Shown here: positions 62,799 through 64,000 of the stretch, in pieces
Layout: each line of letters starts with the position of its first letter
Numbering within the stretch: the stretch's first letter is position 1
Position numbers and translations under genes: made by a program
Assembly (NCBI GenBank): GCA_963848295.1
Contig: CAWKDB010000010.1
Coordinates: 4,672,001 to 4,736,000, forward strand
Reading direction: 5' to 3'
DNA length: 64,000 nt
Origin: an uncultured delta proteobacterium
GTDB taxonomy: Bacteria > Myxococcota_A > Polyangia > Haliangiales > Haliangiaceae
The notes under the pieces: generated by a model
The model's database searches: none
What the model was told of the DNA's origin: nothing
The model's input: only the letters and a program-made list of their open reading frames with translations

Positions 62799-64000
62799 AT
62801 GAAGTTCCGTCCGTCCATTTGGGTAGCGGTCCCTGCATTCGCCTTCGTGATCGCGTGCGGCCCATCGGCGCGAAATCCCAATGGCGGCGGCCCGGACGGA
62901 GGCAGTAACGGCAGCAACTGCGTCGACGAAGACGGCGATGGCTGGACGACCTGCGACGGCGACTGCTGCGACAACACGATGGAGTGCGCGAATCCCGCTC
63001 AGGTCAACCCGGGCGCGTACGACGTCCCCGGCGACGGGGCCGACAACGATTGCGACGGCCAGATCGATAACGCGGTCGCCGCTTGTGACACCGGCTTGTC
63101 GTCGGACTCGTCGACCGCGGCCGACTATGCGAAGGCGATCGACATCTGTCAGACGACGACGATGGATGACCCGATGAAGAAGTGGGGGCTGATCTCGGCG
63201 GTGTTCACGAAGGCGGACGGCTCGAGCCAACTCGACTCGGCGCAGTCGGTCCAGCACTCGATTCGCGCGCACTACGGCTCGAACGCGGCGATGAAGCCGC
63301 ACGCCGGCGCGAGCCTGATCGAGCTGTCGACCGGCAACGCGGCGGCGACCGGCGATACGAACCCGGGGCCCGACTTCGACGAGGACGGCGAGAACGGCGC
63401 GATGTCGGACTTCCCGGCCGACTTCTTGGCCGCGAACAACGGCACGCTGCCGAACGCTCCGGGCTGCGACCCGCCGGACCTCACCGGCGGCGCCGGCGAC
63501 CCGATCATGCTGACGCTGACGATCCGCGTTCCGACCAACGCGAGCTCGTTCTCGATGGACATCAACTTCTTCAGCTCGGAGTTCCCCGAGTGGACGTGCA
63601 CCGAGTTCAACGACTTCTTTGTCGTGCTGCTCGACTCGTCGTGGAACGGGATGCCGGCGAACCCGACCGACAAGAACCTCGCGCTCTACACCGCACCTGA
63701 CATGAAGACGTACCCGGTCGGCGTCAACCTCGCCGCGGGTAACACCGGCCTGTTCACGCAGTGCAAGAACGGCACGATCGGTTGCGACGGCGACGTGTCG
63801 AACCTCAAGATCAGCACGTGCAGCGGCACCGCCGATCTGACCGGCACCGGCATGGACGCGACCGACGACCTCGGCGGCGGCTGCTCGGGCGGCGACAACG
63901 AGATCGGCGGCGCGACCGGTTGGTTGACGACGAGCGGCAACGTCACGCCGGGCGAGATCATGAAGCTGCGCATCGCGATCTGGGATACCAGCGACGACGC
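62799..64000 (+). CDS. Secreted Cys/Asp-rich lipoprotein with choice-of-anchor L-like domain; runs off the window
   Basis: VIAC lipobox; DEDGDG..CDGDCCD, NPGAYDVPGDGADNDCDG, RVPTNASSFS, FFSSEFPEW..FNDFF, GGATGWL, LRIAIWD. Confidence 0.8.
   Translation, partial: MKFRPSIWVAVPAFAFVIACGPSARNPNGGGPDGGSNGSNCVDEDGDGWTTCDGDCCDNTMECANPAQVNPGAYDVPGDGADNDCDGQIDNAVAACDTGLSSDSSTAADYAKAIDICQTTTMDDPMKKWGLISAVFTKADGSSQLDSAQSVQHSIRAHYGSNAAMKPHAGASLIELSTGNAAATGDTNPGPDFDEDGENGAMSDFPADFLAANNGTLPNAPGCDPPDLTGGAGDPIMLTLTIRVPTNASSFSMDINFFSSEFPEWTCTEFNDFFVVLLDSSWNGMPANPTDKNLALYTAPDMKTYPVGVNLAAGNTGLFTQCKNGTIGCDGDVSNLKISTCSGTADLTGTGMDATDDLGGGCSGGDNEIGGATGWLTTSGNVTPGEIMKLRIAIWDTSDD

Overview
High-GC bacterial chromosomal segment, most likely Myxococcota (Haliangiales/Kofleriaceae-like). 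That placement is inferred from an aglR-aglQ-aglS-type motor operon, a lone FlhA/SctV export-gate gene and many Cys/Gly-rich lipoproteins. It holds about 50 CDS, including an acyl-CoA carboxylase pair, M1 aminopeptidase, ClC transporter, SAMHD1-like HD hydrolase, fdhD, Cas4-like nuclease, OPT transporter, 2055-aa alpha-2-macroglobulin, lexA, TonB-domain protein, cold-shock protein, ClpX-like ATPase, murA, Uma2 and hisG, plus tRNA-Pro(TGG). The first ~6.5 kb has many frameshifts that look like assembly error. No CRISPR array, rRNA, integrase or transposase was found. Best leads: (1) a lipoprotein made of the RND-pump periplasmic headpiece with no transmembrane helices (7471-9132); (2) a ~700-bp non-coding element with ~56-bp imperfect terminal inverted repeats, flanked by a 29-bp duplication of a gene 3' end (53229-53981); (3) a translationally coupled sigma-like/SctV/small beta-barrel operon with no other T3SS genes in the window; (4) a 4x57-bp double-hairpin tandem array; (5) a candidate direct-repeat LexA operator; (6) many apparently leaderless genes. 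All family calls come from motif recognition by eye; no database search was run, so novelty is unverified.
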